Assembly: GCA_951406725.2 (NCBI GenBank)
Contig: OX597829.1
Span: 31,124,001 to 31,188,000, forward strand
Origin: Octopus vulgaris
Lineage: Eukaryota
Length of the DNA: 64,000 bases
Direction: 5' to 3'
The notes under the pieces were generated by a model, which was not told the DNA's origin, ran no database searches, and saw only the letters and a list, made by a program, of their open reading frames with translations. A program made the translations under genes and the position numbers. Shown one piece after another: positions 25,700 to 39,394 of the stretch. Positions within the stretch are counted from its first letter, which is position 1, and each line of letters opens with the position of its first letter.

Positions 25700-26800
25700 A
25701 TGTAGAAGAGTGGCTTGTTAGAACAGTTCAAACCACGTACTGCGATACTGTCAGTAAGGTGAGAGTTGGTATTGAATACAGTGATAAATTTAACGTACGT
25801 GCTGGTGTACACCAGGGATCAGTTCTTAGTCTCCTCTTATTCATCATAGTTCTTCAGGCCATAACAGATTAATTCAAAATGGGATGTCAATGGGAACTGC
25901 TAATATGCTGAAGATCTTGCTCTTATTGCAGAATCTGAAGCAGAATTGGATAAGAAGTTCCAGGTTTGGAAGCAAAATGTGGAATTGAAGGGCCTTAAAG
26001 TTAACTTAGCTAAGACTAAAATTGTTATTAGCAAGAAAGGTGATAAGACTCTCATTCCAGCTGGTAAATGGCCCTGTCCAATATGTAGGAAAGGAATGGG
26101 ATGTAATTCCATTTGCTGCACCAAGTGTATGCATAAGAGATGCAGTGGAATCATGGGAAGGTTATCAGATAAGGCTACTTTCGTGTGTGGTAGATGTGCA
26201 GGAACATTAAGCACTAAGAGCACAAGGGACTTAAACTCCCTCAAATGCCCAGGAGGCTCTCTTGAAGTAGTAGATAGTTTCTGCTATTTAGGTGACCAAA
26301 TTAGTAATGGAGGTGGATGCTCTGAAAGTATTGTTTCTAGAATAAAAATGGAGTAGAGGAAGTTCAGAGAACTACTACCTCTGTTGGCAGCAAAAGGACT
26401 CTCTCTCTCTCTCTCAGAGTGAAAAGAAGATTGTATGAAGTTTGTGTGAGACATGGGCTCTGACTGCAGAGGATATGCGTAGACTGGAGAGGAATGAAGG
26501 TAGTATGCTCTGACAGAGCACAACTGTGTTGAGAGAAAAATTAGGCATAAGAGGGATTAAATGTGGTGTGCAGGAGAGCAGATTGCATTGGTTTGGACAT
26601 GTGATGTGTATGATTGAAGACAGCTGCATACAGAAGTGCCTGTCGCTGAAAGTGGATGGTACTTGTGGAAGAGGGAAACCCAGGAAGACATGGCATGAAG
26701 TGGTGAGGACTGATCTTAGGATGTTGGAGCTCATGGAGGAAATGACAGTGGACTGAGATATTTGGAAATATGAGATTCTAGAGAAGACCCATCCTTGAAA
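25700..26800 (+). mobile_element. Decayed RTE-clade LINE RT region with PHD-like zinc finger
   Basis: GVHQGSVLSLLLF, (Y)AEDLALIAES, GLKVNLAKTK, WPCPICRKG..ICCTKC..HKRCSG..FVCGRC, VDSFCYLGD, RLHWFGHV, RGKPRKTW. Confidence 0.92.
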
Positions 26801-27384
26801 CTGAGTGCTAGAAGAGTTGTGTCCCACCCATTCTACCCTAAGAAATCAAACTACAACTCTTCTAACTGCATCTTTCACTTCCTCACACTCCTTCTTTATA
26901 AATTATGATTGTTTTCCAATCCCCTCACTGCCCTGCTCACTGCATTGCTGCTCCCCACACCAATAAACACCTACACCCATGTCCTATGTTTCTAACCATG
27001 TTCTATGCTCATATTCTTGTTACTTGTGAGTATACCCTAGCACTACACCATCTCTCTTCTGTCCTCTCTTACACTTTTGCGATATATACCAATACATACA
27101 TCTAAAAAAAAAAATTTTCAGGGGCCCTTAAAATACAATGGTAGATCCCCAATTTACTATTTTGTTGCATGGAACCCCACAAATCTTATATGGACCCCAG
27201 GGGCTGCCTGGATCCTGGTTGTGAATCACTGATATAGTGTATTCCATTTTGTTCAGTTTATGAATACAAACATTGGAATTTATTGGCGGAATAGATATCT
27301 GTTCCTATTGTAAAGCTGTAATGTTGCTCTCATCTTCAGCAGGATTGAGGCACTCAGGCTTCTAAAAATGTTCATATGTTCATA

Positions 27385-27408
27385 CTAGGCATTCTTCTGC
27401 CAAAAGAT
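27385..27408 (-). CDS. Candidate terminal coding exon (IFWQKNA*)
   Basis: cctttccag acceptor after a 99-nt pyrimidine-rich intron; phase compatible with 27508-27608. Confidence 0.35.
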   Translation of the reverse strand: MFWQKNA

Positions 27409-27507
27409 CTGGAAAGGTTATTTAGGTTACTTCAATTTACAAAAAAAAAATATAAAAGAAAAAAGAAAGAAAGAAAGAAAAAAAGAAAGAGAAAGGAAAT
27501 AGTGTAC

Positions 27508-27608
27508 GTCAGAGTTGTCTTGTAGAAAGTATTTGTAGCAGACTGCTGGCAGCTTCTTGGTAAAAGTGGAAATAAGATCATCATACAGGCCATGATATTC
27601 TTGGACAC
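27508..27608 (-). CDS. Candidate coding exon (VQEYHGLYDDLISTFTKKLPAVCYKYFLQDNSD)
   Basis: catag acceptor, open frame, weak gtacac donor, unique sequence. Confidence 0.4.
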
Positions 27609-28134
27609 CTATGCAACCAGTAAAGAATTTTAAAATGATAATTGTTTTTAAAGATTACTTGTAAAGAATAAATAAATAACCTGTCAAAGTTACACGGAAA
27701 GGTAAGTTGTTCCATAAATATAAAAGAAAAACTCATTTCCAAAATCAAAAACAATATGAAAAAGAAACTGATAACCAAAGCAAAATCAATAATAAATTTG
27801 AAATATCTTTCACTGACCATTTTTCATTATCTGTAATTAGAAAAGAAAAAAAATTTTGGAAGCTTTATTTGTCTTTTTTTTTTTGAATAAAATTTCCTCT
27901 TACATTTTCTTAGTTTTCATTTTTTTACTTTCTCTTTCCTTTTTATATTTATTTTGAAAGTTATCCAGCTTTGCTGGAGCATTTACATATCAATGTCATC
28001 ACCACTGTCATCGTTTTAGCTTTCCCCTTTGATTCGCCTCTGGCTATAGTTGAAAGATATTTGCGTAAAGTGCCACACAGTGGGACTGAACCCGAAACCA
28101 CATAGCTAGAAAGCAAACTTCTTAATCACATATT

Positions 28135-28472
28135 CACATGTGCATGTCACACACACAGGCATGCATATGTACATGCCTGCCTGCCTGCATGCATGCATGC
28201 ATGTATGCGTGCACACACATACACACACACATACGCACACACACACATACATACATACATACATACATACATACATACATACGTATGTACATACATATAC
28301 ATACATGCATACATACACAGACACACTCAAACATACATACATACATACATACATACATACATACATACATACGTACACACACACACACACACACACATAC
28401 ATACACACACACACACACACATACATACATACACAGACACACTCATACATACATACATACATACATACATAC
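28135..28472. repeat. Compound CA/CATA microsatellite
   Basis: Direct reading. Confidence 0.95.
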
Positions 28473-28829
28473 CTCTTTGGAAACAAAAAAGGAAGATAAC
28501 TATGGACAACTACTTTGAAACCAGCTTCTATATCTGAATTACAAATATACATTTATACCAACAACTGGAACACTTGGTTTTGTAAGTTAATGCCAAACTG
28601 TCAGTCTGGATAAGCTTGGGTTTTCACAAAAAATGAAAAAAATCAACTGACTTGCACATTACACAGAACAGTAAAACTGTGCAAGACTTTTCTTAGGTTT
28701 AAAATGTGAAATTGCTTTTGTAATCTACATTCCAATAATGGAGCTTTATATCTTTGTTAGAAACCAACTCCTTCCATAGAGGAAGAATTAAAATAATTAA
28801 AAGGAGAAGAGACACTAGTAAATACATGT

Positions 28830-29113
28830 ACTGGCAACGGCCATGCACAAATGGTGCTTTTTATGTGCCACCTGCACAGGAGTCAGTCTGTTGCCAGTGC
28901 CGCTGGACTGGCTCCTGTGCAGGTGGCACATAAAAAGCACCATTTGAGCTTGGCTGTTGCCAGTACCGCTGGTGGCATGTAAGGGCATCCAGCTGTAGAA
29001 ACTCTGCCAGATCAGATTGGAGTCTGGTGCAGCCGTCTGATTCGACAGACCTCTGTCAAATTGTCCAACCCATGCTAGCATGGAAAGCGGACGTTAAACA
29101 ATGATGATGATGA
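28830..29113 (+). mobile_element. RTE 3'-UTR-derived repeat with (GAT)n tail
   Basis: ggtggcac..aaaagcacc units + gggcatccagctgtagaaac..gcatggaaagcggacgttaaac(gat)n; copies at ~3225, 33065, 39465, 40790(-), 43100, 47635(-), 52030, 55818(-). Confidence 0.8.
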
Positions 29114-29780
29114 TAAGTTGGCTACCTTTCCTTTTGTTAGACATTCAACTGTGAAGTCTAAGAGGAAACTGGTCTGACAGTATTGCTAACTGAAGCAAAG
29201 CAAATGTTATTTGGATATGTTACAACAGCTATAGTCAAAAGATTAGAACAGATGACCTTCTGATCAGCAGCCAAACACCTTAACATCACAGCCAACTGGT
29301 TGAGCTACGTCAATAAAAGCTACATGTTAATGTAATGTCCCATGTGGTACAAAATTTAGTTTAAATGTTCTTCATAATTGTAACTTACTGATTTAAAGTT
29401 ATATATTGAATAAAGAACACGTAATTGGAATTCTTGACAATAAATATGACAATGCGGTTTGAATGCCAACAGAAGTAGCTAAACTGGTCTTTGATTATTT
29501 ACACTGAGGAATTCTTCTGTTACCTAATATCTATTAATCTTAACTGGCTTCTTTTTTTTTTTTACCTGAGGCAAATATTAGTGCATATAATTCTCAATCA
29601 ATCATCCCAGGTTACAGTTACAACTACTCCCTACATTCCCCTTACTATTCTGTTGGCTAAGTATTTGGTTATCTAACCAACCAGTCAACTCCTGTTTTAG
29701 ACACACTTTTATTAGTAACTGATGCTGACAAAGGCATTCATGCCAACAGGCACACTGATACTAATCGGCAAGATTGTCTC

Positions 29781-29812
<32 letters not shown>

Positions 29813-30654
29813 TCATTCAATTTCTTTATTACCCACTAGGGGCCGAACATAGAATTGGACAAAACAGCTGATGGGATCAGTGAAACCGTATGAGTTTACA
29901 TATAATATGGTTTTAAAATTTAATACAATATATAAAAATCAAATGAAATAAACAATACAAAAGACCATTCATTCATTTATTTATTTCTCTCTCTCTCTCT
30001 CTACCTACCAACCTACCTACCTGTCTACTAGTTAGCTTTTCTATATATCTTTCTATTTATATTTCTTGACTTTTAATTTCTAATTTGTATATATATATTC
30101 CAAGCATTTCTTTTTAAATGTTGACAAGACACAACTGTTGGAGAATAGGATAGAATGCCTCTGCTCTATGAGATCAAATCCAGCTGAGATCAACTTTGCT
30201 TTTCTTCCTTTCAAGATCAACTAAAAAGTACCGCTCCAAGATATTAGATTGACAGAACTGCTGAAGAATTATAGAATATCTGTTCTGGCTCTTTGCATTC
30301 TGATAGCAGCATCTGTTGTAACAGTGATGCCAAGCTGTATTGGCCCAAGTTAGTGGCCTTTTCTTTCAATAAACATCAGTGGTGTGGAGAGAGGTGACTT
30401 GCATGCATGGGCAACTACCAGTCTTTCCTCAAAGACTATTTTGTTCAAGCCCGTATATCCATGTGCAGATGTGTGGTCGACTTTCATAATTGAAACCCCA
30501 AAGAAGTTCTTTTCGATATGTTTGTGCATGTTGGATAGATGTGCAAATTCTTGACAACTGCATAGCTTACTTGATCTTATAGTCTTGCTCAAATTTTCCC
30601 ACTTGGTCTTGGGATGCAAATAAAGTAATGTGCCTTCCCTGAAACTTATATGCT

Positions 30655-30781
30655 ACATCATCATCATCATCATCATCGTCGTCGTCGTCGTCATCATCAT
30701 CATCATCATCATCGTCGTCGTCGTCGTCATCATCATCATCATCATCATCATCATCGTCGTCGTCATCATCATCATCATCAT
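30655..30781. repeat. (CAT)n/(CGT)n microsatellite (expanded tail of an RTE-type repeat)
   Basis: Direct reading; adjoins a minus-strand tail element at 30782-31020. Confidence 0.9.
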
Positions 30782-31512
30782 TTTACATCTGTTTGCCATG
30801 CTGGCATGGGTTGGATGGTTTGACAGGGGCTGGCCAGCTAGAGAACTGTCCAGGCTCCAACTGTCTGTTTTGTCATGGTTTCTATGGTTGGATGTCCTTC
30901 CTAATGCCAACTACTTTACAGAGAGTGCTGGGTGCTTTTTACATGCCCACAGCATGGATGCATTCATGTAGCACTGACATGAGTGTATTTTATGTAGCAC
31001 CAGCACTAGTGCATTTTACACACGGCATCAGCACCTATCTAAGACAATTATAGAAGTACTCAGAGCTACTCTTTATTAGTCTATGTTAAGCATTAATGCA
31101 TACAGAAGACCTTTATTATGTAACGAAGGTGTCAAGAGTTCCAACCTGGATAAAATCTGTGAAAGAGGGAAGCTGAAAAAGACATGGGAAGAAATGGTGA
31201 AAATTCATCACAAGAAGTGAAAACAGAACTCCATGAAAATGGTGTTCTGTCTAATGGTAGTAACACAGGATCGTGCCAATTGCTGAGGAGACATTGGCAA
31301 CAGGTGCAAGCATGAAAAACAGTCGTAAAAATTACGATGATGGTGAAGTAGCTTGGAATGTGTAATATCTACATTTAAGTTTCTCTTGCCTAATTGCTCC
31401 CTTGTCCTTATACCTGCAAAACTACAGATGGTAAGCCGTTAGATCTGTTCATATTCAATCCCACTTTACCATCATCTATTTCTACTGCTATCCACATTAT
31501 ATCCACATTATA

Positions 31513-31706
31513 GCAGCGGTGGTAGTGGTCATGGTGGTGGTGGTGGTGGTGGTGGTAGTGGCAGCAGCGGTGGTGGTGGCAGCAGCAGCGGTGGTGGTGG
31601 CAGCAGCAGCGGTGGTGGTGGTGGTGGTGGTGGTGGTGGTGGTGGTGGTGGTGGTGGTGGTGGTGGTGGTCATGGTGGTTGTGGTGGTCATGGTGGTGGT
31701 GGTGGT
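31513..31706. repeat. (GGT)n/(GCA)n trinucleotide array
   Basis: Direct reading. Confidence 0.95.
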
Positions 31707-32315
31707 TTTGGCAACAGAGGAGATTTAAAAAATTTTTCTGTTTCACATCTATATTTGGAACTAACATATGTAGGATCCTTTATGCTAGCCTGATGCATTT
31801 TCTATCAATAATTACAAAATTATGAATCCATCTGTTTACAGCCAGCCATACTGAGCCAAGTAGTTCAAAATGCTTTGTACAAAAGAACACAACAGCAAAA
31901 CTGTAGCAGTAAGATCATGAACTCACAATCCCATGTTTATTAATTCATCTCTTCATGATTAAAGCTGCTTCTATGATGTTTAATTAATCATCTCTATCTC
32001 AGCAAATAAATTTTTATTTTTGTCATTCTTCAGTAGTTTACAACAGCAGCAACAACAACAAGGAAGAATGTAATAACTAAAATTCACATAAGACATATAT
32101 TCTTGTTTCCAAGACATCTAAGACATATATTCTTGTTTCCAAGACATCATTTTCCTTAACATCTCACTCTCAGCGCTAATTAAAATTTTAAGTTAATCTA
32201 TCAAAGATAAATCTTAAATATGCAGAGTCTGAACCAGTAATCAACAGAGTTTTTTAATTCATCACAAAAATTTTAATAACTTGCATGACATCAAGATTAA
32301 GTCCCTATCATTTAC

Positions 32316-32379
32316 CTTTCCATTATTTTGTTCCTGTTCTGGTTAAGGGACTGTGCCAAATCTTCATTTGTCCTCCTTT
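32316..32379 (-). CDS. Candidate small exon (RRTNEDLAQSLNQNRNKIME)
   Basis: tacttcag acceptor, AG|gtaaat donor, open frame. Confidence 0.3.
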
Positions 32380-32564
32380 CTGAAGTATGATGATAACAGA
32401 TTATTTATATTATTGTAAAATATCCTTTTCAGATCATAGAAATCCGTTGAAGGCATTCTGATCAGAAGGCAATCATATCTGCTCACATTGTTAAGATGCG
32501 AGATATAAATAGCTACCATTGACTGATTGATTCATACTTTATTGATTTTTAACCCCCCACCCAA

Positions 32565-32577
32565 AATAATGACCGTA

Positions 32578-32632
<55 letters not shown>

Positions 32633-32652
32633 TAATAATAATAATAATAACG

Positions 32653-32722
<70 letters not shown>

Positions 32723-32730
32723 TAATAATG

Positions 32731-32770
<40 letters not shown>

Positions 32771-32781
32771 TAATAACAATA
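32565..32781. repeat. (TAA)n microsatellite
   Basis: Direct reading. Confidence 0.97.
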
Positions 32782-33302
32782 GCCACACAATTGGCATCGT
32801 TCCTCCTTACCCCAACCTTCCCCACTGGTTGCTCTCCTATATTACCCGCCTCAACTGGACCTCCCCCTCCCCAACTCAACTCTAGAATATCTGTATTTCT
32901 TTCCTCTACCTAATTACGTTACTCAGTGACGATAAATGCTGTGACTACAAAGACCCGGGCTGCTTTCTGCAGCAATTCCACATACCCCCTACTCATTCTA
33001 AGTACCCCGGATCCCCAAAGTACCCTGGATCCCCAAAGTACCCCGGACCTCGTTGCCCCCGTGCCGCTGACACGTTAAAATGCTCGAACCGATCGTGACG
33101 ATGCCGGACCCTCCGGCCCCTGTGCAGGTGGCACGTAAAAAGCACCCAATCCACTCACGGAGTGGTTGGCGTTAGGAAGGGCATCCAGCCGTAGAAACTC
33201 TGCCAGATTCAGACTGGAGCCTGGTGCGGCCCCTGGCTTCCCAGACCCGGTCAAACCGTCCAACCCGTGCTAGCGCGGAAAGCGGACGTTAAACGATGAT
33301 GA

Positions 33303-33345
<43 letters not shown>

Positions 33346-34316
33346 TATGTATGTATGTGTGTGTGTGTTTGTGTGTGTGTATGTGTGTATATACATACAC
33401 AAACTAACACTATCTGTCTACCCATCTCTCTCTTTCTGTGTATATATACATGCACACATATGTATGTATATATATATATATGTGTGTATATATATATACA
33501 TTAAAGTTAGATAAGGCTGGTTTATGGGATCACCTTAGGTTTCACGTCCATAAAGGGCTTAGCTTTATGGTGTATCATCAGATCCCAAAACCTGTTGGCT
33601 TAAGGCCTCTCTAACAAGTGGCGTCTCTAGAAAATGGAACAGGAAAGGATCTCGCTACTCAATGTCAACAAAGGGGATTGTCTCTCTTTGGCTATCAATC
33701 ACCAGTGACCCTGCCTAGATAGACTAGGCCAGCAGGAATTTCCTGAAATGTAAACACGGTCCAGTGACCTCCATTCTAGTGTTAAGGATGTTTCCTGGGC
33801 CAAGGGAGTCCTTTAGGATCCTTGTCCATTCCGTTATGCATAATATTTACAGGATTTTCTAGGATTCTCCATGATATTGTATATGGAATCATGTCATCTA
33901 TACATTTCTGGCTAATGACATGATGTATCTCCTTTCTGGTATCCTGAGGGAGGTTCTGTGGTTGGAGAGGCTTTGTCTGAATGAGTTCCCGGAACAGCCG
34001 ATGCATTTCCATGGTCAAGTGTTGGCAGTGCTGTGTCTGTTGGTGTTGACGTTGCTGCCACCACTGTTGCTGTCAGTGCTGGCACCATTGGTTTGGCATC
34101 ATTGAAGGTGGCGATGGTATTGGTTCCACTACTGCCAGTTTTGGTAAAGGTCCTGTTCCTCTTATCATTGATGAAAGCACTATCATTACTGTTATAGATG
34201 TCACTGGCGATGACTCTGCTACTATTTCCATTAGTGATATTGCTGTTGTTGTCATTGCTGCTATTGCCAAAAATAAACCTCTGTATACACACACACACAC
34301 ACACATAGAATATATA

Positions 34317-35559
34317 CAGGGGTCCCAAAATTAAGGCAACCAATGCTTTTCAATTCTGCCAAAGCAAAATATTGTTATATTTTGGGTATGAGCATTGCAA
34401 TGCAAAGCTAAAGGAATCACAATTATGACACTATCACATTTATTCAATATTATCACCTTTCTTTCGTATCACAGCCTTAAGTCTAGGTGCAAATGCTTCA
34501 CATGCGGCACACAGCTGTTCTGGCAGAATCAAAGTTCCTGGCACAGTTTTACTTTCAGAGTGAGAAGTACTTGAGACCCTCATCTCCAAATTGGACAAAA
34601 CAGAAGAATCTAATGTGTAGAGATTGGGGCTTCTTGAGAGCCATTCATCTTTGCCTGTGAACGATGAAATATTTTTCTGAATATTGTGTTTGTTTACCGA
34701 GTCCTGTTGGAAGCTCTAAGGTGTGCCTTGAAAGTGCTCATTTGCCAATGGAAGCAATTCAGCTTCCAGAATGTTGCTAATGTATTGTTGGGTGTTAATT
34801 TTAACACCCAAGGGCACAAAAATGAGGGAAGACCTTCCAGTGGCTGTCGTAGCCATCCAAACCATAACTGACTGTGGATTTTGCTGTCGATTCACAAGTC
34901 TACCCTCAATGGAGCCAGATGAACTCCAAAGTTAGTCATTCTGGTAGTTTGCTGACTGTTTGATGTCAAATTCCTTTTCATCAATGAACACCAGTTGGGC
35001 AGCATGCTTTCAGCAATTCGACACAAGATAAGACGACTTTCTCATGGCCTTATCAACTTGTCTGAACTCATGACAGTAGATCATTTTGTAGGGGTGGGTC
35101 CTGAGATCCTCCTTCAGCACTCAATACATTGATGTTTGGCTTATTTTAGCTATGGCAGCCAGTCTTCTGATGGAACAACAGGGATTTCACTTTTTTTTCT
35201 TTTTTTGTTTTTGTATTTTTGATAAGTTGAAGAGTTTGCACACTTATTTGTAGGCCATGTCCAGGTCAATCAGCAGGGGAACCAGTCTCTTGAAATTTCT
35301 TGATAATTTTCCAGACTGTTGTTTGGTTAATTTTAAGATTTTTTGTCATAACTGTATTAATTCACTTACTTTGTCGAGGGTTATGATTGTATTTCAGTCT
35401 ATAACCATAATCTAATTTATAAATCTGAATTTATTTAGTCTGAAACAAAAAGAAGACACACTAATCTTTTATAATGATGTATAATTTTCATATGTTATTA
35501 CATTTATTGATAGATATTAAAGCCCAAAACTTCAGTTGCCCTAATTTCAGGACACCCAG
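34317..35559 (-). mobile_element. Decayed Tc1/mariner-superfamily transposon (maT/rosa-like)
   Basis: TIRs caggggtcccaaaattaaggcaac / gttgccctaatttcaggacacccag flanked by TA; minus-strand WLSRSPNLYTLDSSV and ACEAFAPRLKAVIRKKGDNIE*. Confidence 0.85.
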
Positions 35560-36193
35560 TAAATACATGTATGTATATATATATTGTATGTATTGTGTGT
35601 ATATATGTATGTATGTATGTAAATCACATGTAGCTGAACAACTTCAATGGCTTCAATTGAGTAAGTATTATTCACAATAAGTGCAGGTGTGGCTGTGCAG
35701 TAAGAAGTTTACTTTCCTATCACAGAGTTCCAGGTTCAGTTCCACTGTATAGCACATTGGGCAAGCATCTTCTACTATAGCTCCAGGCTGATCAAAACTG
35801 TATAAGTGGATTTGGTAGGCAGAAACTGAAAGAAGCCTGCTGTGCACTTGTGTTTATGTTTGTCCTTCATCATCACTTGACAACCAGTGTTGGTTCCAAT
35901 ATTTCCCTACAACTTAGCAGTTTAGCAAAAAAAAAAGAAAAAAAGTATCAGAGTCAAAGCAAAAAGTGAAAGTACTGGGGTTGATTTATTGGACTAAATT
36001 CTTCAAGGCAGAGTCCTAGCATGACTGCAGTCCAATGACTGTGACAAGTAAATGATAAAAGATAAAATGCACATAGCATATCCTGATTCAGTCCCACTGA
36101 GTGGCACCTTGAGCAAGTGTCTTCTTCTATAGCCTTAGGTCAACCAAGCCGTGTGAGTGGATTTGGGAGACAGAAACTGAAAGAAGCCTGTCA

Positions 36194-36240
<47 letters not shown>

Positions 36241-36481
36241 GTATATATTTATGTGCATGTGTCTTTGTGTTTGTGTTCCCACCACCACCATTGCTTGACA
36301 GCTGATGGTGTGTTTATGTCCCTGTAACTTAGAAACTGAAAGAATAAATACTAGGCTTACAAGGGATAAGTCTCGGGGTGGATTACTTTGACTAAAGCCT
36401 TTTAGGGCAGCACTCCGGCATGGCTGCAATCAAATGACCGAAACAAGTAAAGGAATAGAATATATATATATATATATATAA

Positions 36482-36885
36482 AATCAAAATGAGGGTGAAA
36501 AATTGGATATTAATTTAATAACATCAATTTAACACCAAGTGATTTAGCGCATAAAAAACAACTGAGATTCAGTAAATATTATTAATACACAAATATGAGA
36601 GAGAATCCACTATATGGACGCCCTTACACTAAAGAGAGATCCGTATGAGTCTCAACCACTAAGAATTGTTCTCAAGAAAAATTAGCACACTATGAACGTA
36701 AGCGAGCAGGACAAATGAAAATTAACAAGGGGTTAATCTATATTTTTGTTATTTTTCATTTGTACTGCTCGCTTACGTTCATAGTGTGCTAATTTTTCTT
36801 GAGAACAATTCTTAGTGGTTGAGACTCATGTGGATCTCTCTTTAGTGTAAGGGTGTCCATATAGTGGATTCTCTCTCATATTGTA
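36482..36885. mobile_element. Fold-back element in (TA)n (Penelope-like architecture)
   Basis: ~137-bp inverted arms 36592-36728 / 36746-36882, (TA)n on both sides. Confidence 0.75.
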
Positions 36886-36889
36886 TATA

Positions 36890-36940
<51 letters not shown>

Positions 36941-36942
<2 letters not shown>

Positions 36943-37260
36943 TTGGTTCCAGCTTGTATCTGAGCATTGGGATCATCAGTTTCTATCCAGTCTCTTTGGC
37001 AGATGTTTATGCCGAATGTAACTTTGGAGTCCAAGTCGGTGGTGAAAAAGTAGTGGGCAGAATTCACACAGGATGGTTGGTGTGGGTTAAGGATGTAGAA
37101 GATGCTCCTTTCTCCTCCTGCATTCTATTTCCTCATTCCGTTGTCTGTTCTGCTCACAGGGACTGGGTCCATTGTGGATAGCAGTCCTCTAGGCTGTCCT
37201 ATCAATGGCAATCTGTTCTCATGAGGATAGCTAGATGTTAGTTTGAGCCAGGGTCCGTTT
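36941..37260 (-). mobile_element. RTE/BovB-like LINE 3' end
   Basis: Minus translation RRRKEH...PTILCEFCPLLFHHRLGLQSYIRHKH resembles the BovB C-terminal zinc-finger pattern. Confidence 0.7.
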
Positions 37261-37631
37261 GAGCTGGTCTTTAAAATAGAATTCAAGACCTACTTTTTTC
37301 ATTTATTAATATAGGTATTTAACTGAAATGGCATTCACTTTCGTATCTTCTAATCTTACTGGTAACATTTTACTAAGATGCTGGTGTAGCATTTGAAACA
37401 TTTAAACTTTGCCCATTTATAACTGGCATTGAAATTGCTTTCAACATGAAAGAACCCACCACAAAAATAGGTGATACATATTGGTCCTCCCTCTGTACAC
37501 TATTTGTTTTTCTGTTTTTTCGGGTTGGGGGGAATTTTTCTGCTGTACTCTTTTCCTTTATTTGTTTGTTTGTTTGTTTGTTTCTTTATTCCTTTCTTCC
37601 TTTCCTTCTTTCAGCCTTCTCTTTCTCTCTC

Positions 37632-37675
<44 letters not shown>

Positions 37676-37811
37676 CTCTTTCTCTGTCACTCTCAGGTTC
37701 CCTCAGTTTCTTTTACCAGCTGTGTGGTTATAATGTTTATGATGCAGGTACACACACATACACCACATACACACACACACACAAACATACACACACACAC
37801 GCTCACACACA

Positions 37812-37873
<62 letters not shown>

Positions 37874-38278
37874 TATTTCCATTATTTCTGAAATCACAAC
37901 TAACTTAGAATATATCATTAAATACTATCAAGTCTTAACACTTTGTCATTTTGTAAATGTTTATGCCTGACTGTCTGTCTGTTTGCTGTCTCTGTTCCTG
38001 TAGTCTGTCTGTCTGTCTGTCTGTCTCATGTCGAAATTACAAAGGCATTAGTGGAATATGGCGGCAAATATATAGTACATCTTCTTTAATGCTGTGTGTC
38101 GATAGCAGTGATATCCCTGTGGTATTAGGGAGTGTCATGAGTAATCAAATGTATGGAGATATCAATGGAAGAGAGAGGCATAGGTGCATCATGAATTTCT
38201 CAAAGAAGGAATCATTAATGAAATCATCATCATTGCCATCATCACTGCCACTGCTGTTGCTACAGTTGTCGTCAGTCA

Positions 38279-38612
38279 TCATGGCTCAGTGGTTAGAGTG
38301 TCAGGCCCACAATCACAAGGTAGTGAGTTCAATTCCAAGACCAGGCTGTGTGTTGTTTTCTTGAGCAAGACACTATTTCACATTACTCCAGGTCACTCAG
38401 CTATAGAAATGAGCTGTGATGTCACTGGTGCCAAACTGTACCAGTCTTTACCTTTCCCTTGGATAACATCAGTGGTGGGAGGATGGGAGGCTGGTATGCA
38501 TGGATGACCGCTGGTCTTCCATAAACAACCATGGTCGGACCTGTGCCTCGGCAGGGAACTTACTAGGTGCAATCCCATGGTCATTCATAACAAAAGGGGG
38601 TCTTTACCCTTT
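38279..38612 (+). mobile_element. tRNA-derived SINE
   Basis: tggctcagtggttagagtg...gagttcaattcc, CORE-like ttcttgagcaagacact; same family as 1255-1592. Confidence 0.8.
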
Positions 38613-38639
38613 AACCTATATATATATATATATATATCC

Positions 38640-39000
38640 AGCCACCCATTTTCTCTGCTCAGTATTTATGGGAGAGCCATAGGGGTAAAGAAATCAGGCA
38701 TCTCCCCCAAAGTGTCCTATCAGAAACAACTCATTACACTCTCCAGCTAGATCCCCAAGTATGAGCAACTGAGATTATGGATATCATCCAACCATCTCAT
38801 TTTTGGTATACTGCTAGGTTTCCTGCCAATTGATTCAGCTTGAAGAATCCGTCTTGTGTTTCTTTCCTGCAACATTCTAATCATATGTCCAGAATACAGG
38901 AGCTGTGGGATCTCTGTATGCAGAGAAGTAGAGGCTTGACCTGGAGAGACTCCCCAATCTCCAACCTATGCAGCCTCTTGAGTAATGTTACATCAGACAT
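38640..39000 (-). mobile_element. RTE (Rex3-like) LINE 3' end
   Basis: Minus translation LGHMIRMLQERNTRRILQAESIGRKPSSIPKMRWLDDI. Confidence 0.7.
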
Positions 39001-39345
39001 ATGTATATATATACATATATGTATCTGTGTGTGTGTGTGTGTGTGTGGAGGCACATGGCCTAGTGGTTAGAGCAGCAGACTCACGGTTGAGGGATTGCAG
39101 GTTTGAATCTCAGACCAAGCGATGTGTGTGTTTATGAGTGAAACACCTAAGCTCCACTCAGCTCCAGCAGAAGGTAATGGCGAACTTCTGCTGACTCTTT
39201 TGCCACAATTAGCTGTGTCTATTCCATGTCATTCCAAACCAGCTACAGGTAAATTATGAAATGCATGTGTGTGTGTGTTAAATAAAATGAGACAACAAAA
39301 CCAAGGCTATGTCGAATTTATGGGACATTTATAAAGAGAAAGGTA

Positions 39346-39394
39346 ATCTTACAACTGTTTCTGGGATATTTAGGGATATCCTTTCATCAGAGAT
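39346..39394 (-). ncRNA. Type-I hammerhead ribozyme
   Basis: atct-CTGATGA-aa-ggatat-ccctaa-atatcc-ca-GAAAC-agtt-GTA-agat; stem I atct/agat; degenerate inverted copy at 39424-39465. Confidence 0.8.

Noticed and set aside
31408-31767. Poly-His/Cys ORF resembling a metal-binding peptide
   Set aside because: Entirely explained by a (GGT)/(GCA) trinucleotide array open in several frames; no independent coding evidence
32089-32148. Exact 30-bp tandem duplication (similar ones at ~33000-33050 and ~53261-53327)
   Set aside because: Ordinary slippage duplications with no further structure
33560-34285. Thr/Ala-rich minus ORF, possible LINE ORF1 relic
   Set aside because: No diagnostic motif recognised; multiple stops
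36795-36830. TTGAGAA...GAGAC possible variant hammerhead
   Set aside because: GAAA not conserved and stems poor
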